From contig JAGVBU010000016.1 of NCBI GenBank assembly GCA_020059585.1, positions 1-50,460 of the forward strand: a DNA stretch of 50,460 bases, in the 5' to 3' direction. The position numbers and the translations under genes were made by a program. Shown piece after piece: positions 15,240-24,462 of this stretch; the first letter of the stretch is position 1, and each line of letters begins with the position of its first letter. Under the pieces are notes generated by a model, which had not been told where the DNA came from, made no database searches, and was given only the letters and a program-made list of their open reading frames with translations. The DNA is from Minisyncoccota bacterium (GTDB taxonomy: Bacteria > Patescibacteriota > Minisyncoccia > UBA6257 > GWB1-50-10).

Positions 15240-17033
15240 ATGAGTTTTCTACTTGTTCTTCCATTCATTTTAATCCCGGGATACCTCATTACGCTTTTTT
15301 TCCCCCGCATACATGGGTTTTCAGAACGAATTGGTTTTTCCATTGCAACGTCAATTTCTCTCGGAGTAGTGATTAGTAGTGTGTTTGTGGCGTTGCATTT
15401 TCCGCTCGCAGGAACATTTTTTGTATGGAATATAATTATTTGTCTTTTCCTCGCAATTGTCTTAAGGAAAAAGCTGTTTCTTATTCGGGAAGAATGGAGG
15501 GATACAAAATCAAAAGAAAAAATATTTATCGGCACTGCGTTTTTTGTCTCAGTTCTTGCGGGCGTTTTTATTTTAGCGATACACATGGGATATCCATGGG
15601 CAATCCACGCCGATGAATGGTGGCAAATAGGGATAGTTCAAAATGTTATTGAGGGCAAATCACTTAATATAAATCCATATCTTTTTAATGATTTTTCAAA
15701 TGATAAACCGGGATTTTCAAGCTATATAGCAATGCTTTTAGGTGCTACGGGGATAGATCCAGTGAAAGCATGGCCCTATACGCCAGCACTCAGCGTATTT
15801 CTTATTTCTTTTGTGGGATCTTCCTTTATCTTTGTAAGAACAAAAAGTTTTTTGGCAGGGATGCTGTTCCCGATTTTTCTTGTTGCACTCCGGTCAAATG
15901 CATATTCACTCGGATGGTGGTTTTTTGTTCCCTCGATGTTCGCACTTTTCTTTGTTCTTGTTATTTTTTTCACCTCGTCTCTATGGACAAGACACCTTTC
16001 AGAATTTTTTTGGGCATGTCTTATTTTTAGTGCGCTTGCGCTTGTGTATTTCCCATTCGCAATAATTTTATTCCTCTCCTTCCTCCCGGCCATTCTCAAG
16101 AATGTAAGAAAAAGACAGATACGGTTGTTAATGTGCATGGGGATGTTTTTTTTGATACTCGCGGGGGTATATGTTGCAGAATCCATAAGCCCCTATAGCG
16201 AATTTTGGAGAATGGCAGATGATATTTCTCTTCCTTCTTTTTTGTCGCAGTCAAAAATTATCCAAACGTTTTTTGTTCCTCTCTCCGCGACATTTCATTT
16301 TGCGGAAAAAATAGGTTTTTTTAGTACGGTTCCCATTCTTCTTTTTGTGTCCGCTCTCGTTGGTTTTTTTCTTACTCGAAAAGATGATTGGATGGAGAAC
16401 ATTCGCTTCGGTTTTTTAATTGGAATGGTGATGCTCCTTTTCGGAATTTTTACCGGAGTTTCATTTCTTGTGTTTTATCAACGCCTATTTTATTTTGTGG
16501 GAATTATAGTCGCAATATTGGGGACGATGGGGGTGGTGTTAAGTGTCGAGAAAATTCGCTTACTCTGGGATAAAGCGCGGTTTTCCGTATTATGGAGAAA
16601 TGTCGCTATATTTTTTTTGATGGCGACATTTTTTCTAGTTCTCTTTAATAAATATTTTATTCTTCCTAATGGTGCGGGTCTTTATGAGTTAGTAAACAAA
16701 GATGATCTTGCCGCGTTACTATGGCTTAAAGAAAATAGCGGAAGATTTAATGGAATGGCGGTAGTAGCAAATCAAGCGGTGGGGACTCTCGTTACTCCAT
16801 TTACTCGTCTTCAGTCAAAGATTTCATTTCTTACCTCACAAAGTGCGGGTGCACTTATTAATCCAGCTGGGCTCATGGTGGAAGAAGAGGGGGAGTGTGG
16901 AAAAAAAGAAAAAACATTGATGGATCTTGGTGCGAAAATTCTCTATGCAAAAAAACCGCAGGAATGCCCATTTTTAGAGGAGATATATCGAAATCCAAGC
17001 GTATTTATCTATCTCTATACGGCGGGAAAATGA
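15240..17033 (+). CDS. Large polytopic membrane protein, possibly a GT-C-type glycosyltransferase or glycan polymerase
   Basis: At least 12 predicted TM helices, an acidic loop motif (HADEWW) after the early helices, and a soluble C-terminal domain of about 120 aa. It is divergent from a polyprenyl-P-sugar synthase gene. The function is inferred from context only. Confidence 0.8.
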   Translation: MSFLLVLPFILIPGYLITLFFPRIHGFSERIGFSIATSISLGVVISSVFVALHFPLAGTFFVWNIIICLFLAIVLRKKLFLIREEWRDTKSKEKIFIGTAFFVSVLAGVFILAIHMGYPWAIHADEWWQIGIVQNVIEGKSLNINPYLFNDFSNDKPGFSSYIAMLLGATGIDPVKAWPYTPALSVFLISFVGSSFIFVRTKSFLAGMLFPIFLVALRSNAYSLGWWFFVPSMFALFFVLVIFFTSSLWTRHLSEFFWACLIFSALALVYFPFAIILFLSFLPAILKNVRKRQIRLLMCMGMFFLILAGVYVAESISPYSEFWRMADDISLPSFLSQSKIIQTFFVPLSATFHFAEKIGFFSTVPILLFVSALVGFFLTRKDDWMENIRFGFLIGMVMLLFGIFTGVSFLVFYQRLFYFVGIIVAILGTMGVVLSVEKIRLLWDKARFSVLWRNVAIFFLMATFFLVLFNKYFILPNGAGLYELVNKDDLAALLWLKENSGRFNGMAVVANQAVGTLVTPFTRLQSKISFLTSQSAGALINPAGLMVEEEGECGKKEKTLMDLGAKILYAKKPQECPFLEEIYRNPSVFIYLYTAGK

Positions 17034-17126
17034 TATATTGTTTGTATTTTTGGTTTTGAAAGAAGAGCAGAGAGAGAAGGAAAAACAACCCCAGAGAGAG
17101 ATAAAATTATTATGATATGGATAGTG

Positions 17127-17135
17127 TGGTATAAT
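17127..17135 (+). promoter_or_regulatory. Extended -10 element TGGTATAAT, with an AGGAGA Shine-Dalgarno site at 17147-17152
   Basis: gtgtggtataataaata is followed by caggagaagcATG. Confidence 0.5.
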
Positions 17136-17155
17136 AAATAGCAATCAGGAGAAGC

Positions 17156-20100
17156 ATGAAATCCCCAAAGTCATTTCTAGTGTTTTTATTCGTAAGTATT
17201 ACTATTGCAGCCTTTTTTGTTGCTGTGTTTTATACCGATACGGTGAGAGCTGCGTTGTGGTCTGTGAACAGTTCCGACTCTTTAAGTCTTTCTCCCTCAA
17301 CAAATTCAATTTATCTCTCATGGTCATTGAGTCAACAAAATGGTGGGACTCAGACCATTTATCGCAACGGATCTGTCATTACTTCGGTGGGCGTAGGAAC
17401 TTCTTCGTATACGAATTCTGGACTGGCTACGTGTACCACATATTCGTATAGCGTGTGTTCCGCATATGGATGTGCTTCAGCCTCTGCATCTACAACCGGA
17501 TGCGATCCGTGTGCAGGAGTGACCTGTAATGCTTACTGTTCCGCCTCAACCGCATACTATTCTGGGTATTGTTCGGGCGGCGCGTGTTACTATTCGACCG
17601 ATAACTGTGCGAATGGGTTTTGTAGTGGTATGGTGCCATATCCAGGGTCAACGTGTACTTCTGGAGTATGTAATCGCACCGCCGGATCGACATGTCTTTC
17701 GTCAACATGTTCTGGAACGACGTATTTATACAGTGGTTATTGTTCGGCAGGTTCATGCGGCTATGGTGCGTCGTCAATCACTGCGGGTACGTGTGGCGCG
17801 GTGTGTACCCCCGGAACAACCCGAACAATGTATGCGAATTCGCAAACAGCGTGTGGTAATTCGTGTTTAAGCGAGACACAAACTTGTAATAGTAGCGGAA
17901 CGGGGTGGTCCGGATCATACACATTGACGTCATGTACCCCCGCAACACGGACAGCGTACGGAGCACTTACCTCTGCGTGTGGAACATATTCGTATACAAG
18001 TGAAACGCAAACCTGTCAAACGAGTGGTGTATGGAGTCCTTATAATTACACACTTACCTCTCCACCCTCAGCAACTACTCGCACTCGTTATGCGGCAGCG
18101 ACATCCGCTTGTGGTACGTACGGATCGAACAGTGAGACTCAATCATGTCAATCAAACGGATCGTTTAGCGGTACGTACACTCTAACTTCCCCCGCCACCG
18201 TTACTACTCGCACTCGTTATGCGGCAGCGACATCCGCTTGTGGTACGTACGGATCGAACAGTGAGACTCAATCATGCCTTGCGGGTGGATCGTTTAGCGG
18301 TACGTATACACTTACATCACCGCCATCAGCAAGCACAAGGACAATGTATGCGGCATCTTCCGTTGCGTGTGGTGGTGTGTGTTCAAGTGAAACACAATCG
18401 TGTCTTTCGAGCGGATCATGGAGCGGAACGTATGCATATAGTTCATGTAGTGTTGCGGAGTGTGCTCCGGCTGCTCCATCTGGTCTGTACGGAACACCAG
18501 GCTTAGATTCATATTCACTCTCGTGGACTGATAATTCTTCGAACGAAAGTGGGTTTAGAATTTATACCTATAGTTATTCAACTTATACTCTTGTGGGAAG
18601 TGTCGGAGTAAATGTTACAAGTTTTACCGATTCGAGTCGTTCTTGTTCAACCTCTAAGCCATACATTGTAAGAGCATATAACCCCCCCGCGGGAGAATCT
18701 GCTGATAGTAATGATGTACAGGGATTGACTTCTCTTTGTGTGCCCGCGACAACTACTCCACCAAATGGATCGTGGTCGACTTCAAAACAGTTTTGTGCAT
18801 CGGTCACTGGATATGCGACAGTTTCAACAAGAGCAAGGTTTGTAATTGGAGGAATAACATATAGTGGAAATTATGTTACAGGAAGCGGTTCAAGTTGTTA
18901 TGACTATACGGGTTCCGATGTAAATGGAATATCGTGGTCTGCTTATACGGAAGATTCGGCGGGACGTACAAGTTCAAACTCCGCTTCGTGGACGGCATAT
19001 ATTGACACAGTTGCGCCGACTCCGAATCCGCCATCTGTTACATTGTCGTCGTCCGGTTCTTCTGTGACCGCAGTGCTTTCAAGTGGATCTGACGCAACAT
19101 CGGGATTGGATTCAACGGCGTATGGATTCATGATTGATGCAGGCGGCGCATACTCCTGGCAATCTTCCGCCTCAAAAACGTTTACGGGAGTTACTTGTGG
19201 TGTATCACACACGGTGAGTGGAAAGATAAGAGATGCGGCTGGGAATGAAACATCTGTAGGAACTGCTTCAATAACTCCACTTTGTGCGCCTACGGGGGTT
19301 TCTGCATCATTTTCGTATGATAGTTCTGCAATCGAACGAGTTGATATTTCCTGGAGCGCAGTATCCGGTGCGTCATCGTATACGATTTATAGAAGAGTGA
19401 ATGCGGGGAGTTGGGCGGTAACAAATCCAACATATTGGTGGAGTGCAACAAATGCAGGAGTTGATGTAGGAACGCTTTCGTGTGGAAGTACTTATGAATA
19501 TTATATTGTTGCGAATGGCCCCGACGGATCATCTTCTCCATCCGCATCGGTATCGAAAGCATATGGCGCGCCAGGAAGTGCGCCGAGAATGTATCAAATA
19601 TGGCCGGAATCGAATTCCGCTGTTGATATGTATTGGGAGGGTGTTGAGGGTGCGCCGCGCTATAAGGTATATCGGGGAGGTTCTCTTGTTGCGACAGACC
19701 TAGGACAGGGATCGGGTTTCTGGAATACGGGGCTTCCCGCAAACACGCAATATTCCTATTATGTTACCCCATATAACGCATGTGGCGATGGACCTGCGGG
19801 AACGACATACACCGTGCGTACACTTGGAAATATAACTACGAGTCAAAGCGCATCAACACAGACATCTATTACTGCGTGTTATACCGATTCCGTGAATCCT
19901 ACTCATCCGAATCTTTCGTATGTTGATCACTACTGGATAACAAGGAGCAGTCTTGGTGGACCCGTTGATATGACTAGTGGAAATATTTATCCTTCCACAA
20001 CATGCTGGACAGATACAGGACTTACATGCGGAACAACATATTCATATCAGACGAAAGCGGGTTTTGTGATGCAGGCACAGGGAATAACGAACGGGAACGG

Positions 20101-21157
20101 CGGACTTGGTGCCGCGAGTGTTGATTCATCTTCGCAAAGTTATAGCACCGCTGCATGTGATACAACACCACCGACTATTTCCATAAACGGTTCAAGTGCC
20201 GCGTGGACGACTTCAGCAAGTGCTACAGCGACAGCGAGTGATGGTTCGGGGATCTCATATGTTCGCCACTGTTGGATTGATACGGGGGTTATGCCTCCGT
20301 GCGACCCAGGAACAACAAGCGCAAACACGTTCACAAATGGCGCTACACTTACACAAGTAACATCCGGATCGTCGTGGTATGTATGCTTTAGGGCGCGCGA
20401 TACGAACGGAAATTGGACTCCTGCGCCGACCTCGGTTAATTACGCTTCATACTGTTGGGGTCCAGTGCGAGTTGATACGACAGCACCGACACCAAATCCT
20501 CCGAGTCCTTCGGAATCGAGTACGAGTGCCGATTCTATTACGGTTGTGATGGGTACAACAGGATCTGATGCACATTCTGGAATGAATAGTACGCCGTATG
20601 GATATGCAATAGACGGGGGATCATATTCATGGACGAGTTCTGGTGCGAATACATTTTCAGGACTTTCGTGCGAAACAAATCATACAATTTATGGAAAATT
20701 GCAGGACGCGGTGGGAAATCAGACATCTGCGGGAAGTGCTAGTATTACGACCGGATCGTGTGTTGTTGCTCCTACAACGGTTAGTGCTGTGACTGCAACG
20801 GAAAAATCTGGAGGAGGTGGGCTTAGCGCATCATGGACAAATGTCGGTGCAGATGGATATAGGGTGTATTTGAAAGGAGGAAGGTCAAGCGCGAACACCA
20901 CGACACTTATAACAGACACGGGAAATGTCACGATTCCTTCACAGTCAGGACTTGACTGTCCGGGAACATATTCCGTGATTGTGGTTCCTTACAATAGTGA
21001 TATTAGTCTTAGTGGAGGCACTCATTCGAGCTGTACAAGCGCTTTTTCAGACTCATCACTTTCAGGAGTATCGGTTCCTACAAACAGAAAATGTGCGGCG
21101 CCCACCATCGGTACAGTAAGTCTTATATCGTGCACTAAAGGGTTCTTATTCGAATAA
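17156..21157 (+). CDS. Giant Cys/Ser/Thr-rich surface protein with tandem modules and FN3-like domains (1333 aa)
   Basis: N-terminal signal/anchor (FLVFLFVSITIAAFFVAVF). A Cys-rich region follows (YYSGYCSGGACYY / YLYSGYCSAGSCGY). Five modules of about 43 aa have the form TRT.YA..S.ACG....SETQ.C...G..SG.Y.L.S. FN3-like segments include SWTDNSSNESGFRIY and several SW..V.GA..Y.(I/V)YR. Two paralogous modules of about 95 aa begin DT.APTPNPPS. Confidence 0.9.
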   Translation: MKSPKSFLVFLFVSITIAAFFVAVFYTDTVRAALWSVNSSDSLSLSPSTNSIYLSWSLSQQNGGTQTIYRNGSVITSVGVGTSSYTNSGLATCTTYSYSVCSAYGCASASASTTGCDPCAGVTCNAYCSASTAYYSGYCSGGACYYSTDNCANGFCSGMVPYPGSTCTSGVCNRTAGSTCLSSTCSGTTYLYSGYCSAGSCGYGASSITAGTCGAVCTPGTTRTMYANSQTACGNSCLSETQTCNSSGTGWSGSYTLTSCTPATRTAYGALTSACGTYSYTSETQTCQTSGVWSPYNYTLTSPPSATTRTRYAAATSACGTYGSNSETQSCQSNGSFSGTYTLTSPATVTTRTRYAAATSACGTYGSNSETQSCLAGGSFSGTYTLTSPPSASTRTMYAASSVACGGVCSSETQSCLSSGSWSGTYAYSSCSVAECAPAAPSGLYGTPGLDSYSLSWTDNSSNESGFRIYTYSYSTYTLVGSVGVNVTSFTDSSRSCSTSKPYIVRAYNPPAGESADSNDVQGLTSLCVPATTTPPNGSWSTSKQFCASVTGYATVSTRARFVIGGITYSGNYVTGSGSSCYDYTGSDVNGISWSAYTEDSAGRTSSNSASWTAYIDTVAPTPNPPSVTLSSSGSSVTAVLSSGSDATSGLDSTAYGFMIDAGGAYSWQSSASKTFTGVTCGVSHTVSGKIRDAAGNETSVGTASITPLCAPTGVSASFSYDSSAIERVDISWSAVSGASSYTIYRRVNAGSWAVTNPTYWWSATNAGVDVGTLSCGSTYEYYIVANGPDGSSSPSASVSKAYGAPGSAPRMYQIWPESNSAVDMYWEGVEGAPRYKVYRGGSLVATDLGQGSGFWNTGLPANTQYSYYVTPYNACGDGPAGTTYTVRTLGNITTSQSASTQTSITACYTDSVNPTHPNLSYVDHYWITRSSLGGPVDMTSGNIYPSTTCWTDTGLTCGTTYSYQTKAGFVMQAQGITNGNGGLGAASVDSSSQSYSTAACDTTPPTISINGSSAAWTTSASATATASDGSGISYVRHCWIDTGVMPPCDPGTTSANTFTNGATLTQVTSGSSWYVCFRARDTNGNWTPAPTSVNYASYCWGPVRVDTTAPTPNPPSPSESSTSADSITVVMGTTGSDAHSGMNSTPYGYAIDGGSYSWTSSGANTFSGLSCETNHTIYGKLQDAVGNQTSAGSASITTGSCVVAPTTVSAVTATEKSGGGGLSASWTNVGADGYRVYLKGGRSSANTTTLITDTGNVTIPSQSGLDCPGTYSVIVVPYNSDISLSGGTHSSCTSAFSDSSLSGVSVPTNRKCAAPTIGTVSLISCTKGFLFE
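17816..18463 (+). repeat. Five tandem 129-bp (43-aa) coding repeats. Copies 18074-18202 and 18203-18331 share a 74-bp identical core.
   Basis: actactcgcactcgttatgcggcagcgacatccgcttgtggtacgtacggatcgaacagtgagactcaatcatg is identical at 18074 and 18203. tcgtttagcggtacgta is also shared. Confidence 0.9.
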
Positions 21158-21161
21158 GGAT

Positions 21162-21752
21162 ATGAAAAACGATACCTCAAAAAATATAAAGATAGTACTT
21201 GTCGTAATCGGATGCGTCGTGGTTATTGTGCTTGGAATGATAATCTTTTCGGATAAAAAACCCCAGGCGGTTCTTGAGGGTGCGACGGAAGACGTCGGAC
21301 AATCTGAAATCACGGAACCGGAAAATATGGCAACCGGGTCAAACCAGGAGGCGAATGTTTCTATAGCGGGGAACACCGGTCTTACACCGTACGAACGGCA
21401 AGTTGAGGCATTGAAAACAGCGTCACTTACGAAAGCGGATATAGAAGAGTCACTCGGTGCGGGACTGAAAGAAAAATTCAAGGTATTTAATCTGCGAATA
21501 ACCGCAGACGGATATATTCCGAATGCAATCATTGTCGAAAAAGGAGATGCGGTGCAGTTAAATATGACGGCGGACGAAGATGCTGATATACAATCACAGG
21601 ATTTTAATTTCTTTGTTCCTGTTCCAGCAAAAGAAGTCACGAACCTTGGGTTTATTGCAAATAAGGAGGGGACATTCGTTTTCTATTGCAGAAATCAATG
21701 TCTTGGAAAAGATCGGGTATTCGGGCACATAGTGGTACGGCCACGGTCATAG
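21162..21752 (+). CDS. Membrane-anchored cupredoxin-like protein, paralog 4 (ligand-divergent)
   Basis: It starts 4 nt after the giant protein's stop. TM helix (IVLVVIGCVVVIVLGMIIF), a linker, then YIPNAIIVEKGDAVQLNMTA ... GTFVFYCRNQCLGKDRVFGHIVV. Confidence 0.85.
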   Translation: MKNDTSKNIKIVLVVIGCVVVIVLGMIIFSDKKPQAVLEGATEDVGQSEITEPENMATGSNQEANVSIAGNTGLTPYERQVEALKTASLTKADIEESLGAGLKEKFKVFNLRITADGYIPNAIIVEKGDAVQLNMTADEDADIQSQDFNFFVPVPAKEVTNLGFIANKEGTFVFYCRNQCLGKDRVFGHIVVRPRS

Positions 21753-21836
21753 TTGTCCACATTACTTTTTCCCGTAAAAGATATATACTGAGAGAGAACT
21801 ATATAAAACGGTCGATTAAATTTTTTTGCTACGCAT

Positions 21837-22259
21837 ATGAACAAAATAAACAGAGTGCTTTTGTGGGTTGTTGCGGTGCTCGTGGTCATACTTCTTGTGC
21901 TTGTGGTGTGGCAGATATTCTTTGGAAAATCGTCGTATTACGCGGTATATATGCGGACAGGGGATCTTTATTTCGGAAAACTTGTGAAATTCCCCTCATT
22001 CGCGATGAAGAACGTATATACGCTGCAGGTGACACAGGATGAGCAGAATCCTATCCGCGTGCAAAAGTTCGCTGACGTATTCTGGGGTCCTGAAGATTAT
22101 CTGAAAATAAACAAGGATGAGGTGGTGTGGTACACGAAATTGAAGAGCGAAGGACAGCTTTCACAGCTTATCACTTCAAACCCCAATCTCGTTCCGCAGC
22201 AGCAGGTCCCGCAGCAACAGGTGCCCGTACAACAGGTTCCTGAAGATGTGAATCAGTAG
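21837..22259 (+). CDS. Small membrane-anchored hypothetical protein with a PQQQV-repeat tail
   Basis: N-terminal TM helix (VLLWVVAVLVVILLVLVVW). The C-terminus reads VPQQQVPQQQVPVQQVP. No family was recognised. Confidence 0.65.
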   Translation: MNKINRVLLWVVAVLVVILLVLVVWQIFFGKSSYYAVYMRTGDLYFGKLVKFPSFAMKNVYTLQVTQDEQNPIRVQKFADVFWGPEDYLKINKDEVVWYTKLKSEGQLSQLITSNPNLVPQQQVPQQQVPVQQVPEDVNQ

Positions 22260-22320
22260 ATAGAAGTTAGAATCTAGTAGCTAGAATCTAGAAACTAGGA
22301 GATAGGAGATGAAAGAATTA

Positions 22321-22364
22321 AAAATCTCCCTGCCACAACTTATAGATGTCGGCAGGGAGATTTT
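22321..22364. terminator. Bidirectional hairpin terminator between convergent genes
   Basis: AAAATCTCCCTGCC-16 nt-GGCAGGGAGATTTT: a 14-bp stem with A/T tracts on both sides. Its right end abuts the recR stop. Confidence 0.75.
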
Positions 22365-22966
22365 TATTTTCTGTTCTCGAGAGAGTTTCTCAGGGTTTCC
22401 TCGTCGGCAAACTCTATGTCGCCTCCCGTGGGGATTCCTCTTCCAAGCCGGGTGATCTTCGCGTGTGTGTCCTTAAATCCCTGCCGTATCAGTTCGGATA
22501 CAAAGTCGCCGAAGGTGTTCGGTCCAAGCGCAATGATGATCTCAATCCCTGCGCCGTTTTCTGATTCCTTCACTATCCGATTTTTGAGACTCTGGAGACG
22601 CTGTTTCTGAGTCTCTCCAAGGGGATTCCTGTGATCAAGCTCTCCAATGACACAGTAGTGTCCCGAAAACCCTCCCATTTTTTCTATGGAAAAAACATCC
22701 GTATCTTTTTCCACAATCGCAACAATATGAAAATCTCTTTTTTTGTTGGTGCATATGCCGCACATCTTTTCCGCGCGTGGTTTTATGAAGAAACAGCGGG
22801 GACATCTGTCGAGTGTTTTTAGTCCATTCAACGCTTCGCGAATGCGCGATTGCTCGTGTTCGGGAAGCGATGCAATGAAAAATGAAAGCCGCGTTGCCAT
22901 ACGGGGTCCTATCGCGGGAAGTTTTGAGAATGAATCTACAAAATTCTGTATTTCGGGGGGAAGCAT
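22364..22966 (-). CDS. recR: Recombination protein RecR
   Basis: HhH motif (LPAIGPRMATRLSFF), a C4 zinc finger (CPRC...CGIC), a Toprim region, and a length of 200 aa. Confidence 0.95.
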   Translation of the reverse strand: MLPPEIQNFVDSFSKLPAIGPRMATRLSFFIASLPEHEQSRIREALNGLKTLDRCPRCFFIKPRAEKMCGICTNKKRDFHIVAIVEKDTDVFSIEKMGGFSGHYCVIGELDHRNPLGETQKQRLQSLKNRIVKESENGAGIEIIIALGPNTFGDFVSELIRQGFKDTHAKITRLGRGIPTGGDIEFADEETLRNSLENRK

Positions 22967-23047
22967 AACATAAGTATAAAGTATTAAGTATAAAGTATTA
23001 AGTGTGGGAATAATGTATTTTCCTTTATACTCCCTACTAAATATTTA
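22967..23047. repeat. GTA-rich / TAC-rich self-complementary spacer
   Basis: aagtataaagtattaagtataaagtattaagt is followed by tttatactccctactaaatatttactac. Confidence 0.75.
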
Positions 23048-24394
23048 CTACTGTTCCGTGTGTACCGTGTCGATGGTGTGAAAGCTCACTTTTTCGGGAT
23101 CAAAGCGAAGACGGACATTCCCCAAGGGTCCGTTCCGGTGTTTCGCAACGATAACATCGACAATGTTCTGTTCCTCCTCGGGAACGTCGATGCGATCGCG
23201 GTCTTTGCGATAGATGAACATAACGACATCTGCGTCCTGCTCAAGCGATCCGGACTCGCGGAGATCGGAAAGGCGGGGAATCTTCACATCGCGCTTGTCC
23301 ACCTCACGGGAAAGCTGGGAGAGCGCGAGGACCGGAATATTCATTTCGCGCGCGAGCGCTTTAAGTCCTCTTGAGATTTCCGTAACCTGCTGAACCATAT
23401 TGTCGTAGCCGCCGGTTCGCGGTTGGATGAGCTGGAGATAGTCGATTACAAGAAAATCGAGCCCGTGTTCGAGTTGAAGGCGCCGCGCCGCGGAACGCAT
23501 CTGAAGCACGGAAGGGGAGGGAGTGTCATCAATAAAAAGATTTGCTTTTGAAAGCTCATCGAGTGCTTGCTGCACAAGCGCAAACTCCGTTTCGCCCTGA
23601 AGCCGTCCCGTGCGGAGACGCCAGAGGGGTATTTTTGCCTGATTGGCGATGAGGCGGTCGATAATCTGCTCGCGGGACATCTCTATTGAAAAGACACCTA
23701 CGGACTTTCCGTGCAACGCGATATTGCGCGCAATATCGAGCGCCAGCGCGGTTTTTCCGAATGATGGCCGGGCGCCAAGAATGATGAGATCGGAATTTTG
23801 GAATCCGGAAAGAATCGCATCGATCTGATGAAAGTACGAAGGAACACCGCGAAGCATGCCGTCGCCGCGATGGAGCTTTTCGAGGCGTTCATACGCATCA
23901 GTAAGCTCATCGCGAATAGGAATGAAATGCTGTGTCCGCGATTTCTGCGAAATATTGAATATCTTCTGTTCCACCGAATCAAGGAACGAATCGAATTCAT
24001 CGGATTTGAATGCTTCTTCGTTTATTTCCGATGATGCATGGATGATTGACCGGCGTACGCTCAATTCTTTCACTATCTTCGCGTAGTGTTCCACGTGCGC
24101 CGCGGTTGGCACGTTTGATACAAGCTCGGCAAGATAATCAGCTCCTCCCGAATCTTTTTTCTTTTTTTCCTTTTTAAGGAATAAGGAGACGGTAAGTACG
24201 TCCACCGGTTCGCCGCGCTCAAAGAGTGTGAGTATCGCATCGAATATCGCCTGATGCGCGGGGTGATAAAAATCAGAAGGAGTGAGAATATCGGTAACGC
24301 GGATGATTGACAGCGGGTCGATCATAAGCGCGCCGAGTACGGATACCTCGGCGTCAATATCGTGGGGAGGGAGTTTTATGTTTTTATCAGGCAT
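23048..24394 (-). CDS. dnaB: Replicative DNA helicase DnaB
   Basis: N-terminus is PPHDIDAEVSVLGALM. Walker A is GARPSFGKTALAL. Other motifs are IDYLQLI and SQLSREVE-like (LSQLSREVDKR). Length is 448 aa and no intein is present. Confidence 0.97.
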   Translation of the reverse strand: MPDKNIKLPPHDIDAEVSVLGALMIDPLSIIRVTDILTPSDFYHPAHQAIFDAILTLFERGEPVDVLTVSLFLKKEKKKKDSGGADYLAELVSNVPTAAHVEHYAKIVKELSVRRSIIHASSEINEEAFKSDEFDSFLDSVEQKIFNISQKSRTQHFIPIRDELTDAYERLEKLHRGDGMLRGVPSYFHQIDAILSGFQNSDLIILGARPSFGKTALALDIARNIALHGKSVGVFSIEMSREQIIDRLIANQAKIPLWRLRTGRLQGETEFALVQQALDELSKANLFIDDTPSPSVLQMRSAARRLQLEHGLDFLVIDYLQLIQPRTGGYDNMVQQVTEISRGLKALAREMNIPVLALSQLSREVDKRDVKIPRLSDLRESGSLEQDADVVMFIYRKDRDRIDVPEEEQNIVDVIVAKHRNGPLGNVRLRFDPEKVSFHTIDTVHTEQ

Positions 24395-24462
24395 GCAAAA
24401 GTATGAAGTATATAGTATTAAGTATTAAGTATTCGGATTTTATTCCAAACACCCACTTCTCT
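24395..24462. repeat. GTA-rich spacer with a partial inverse half
   Basis: aagtatgaagtatatagtattaagtattaagtatt ... cacttctctttacttaacac. Confidence 0.7.
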
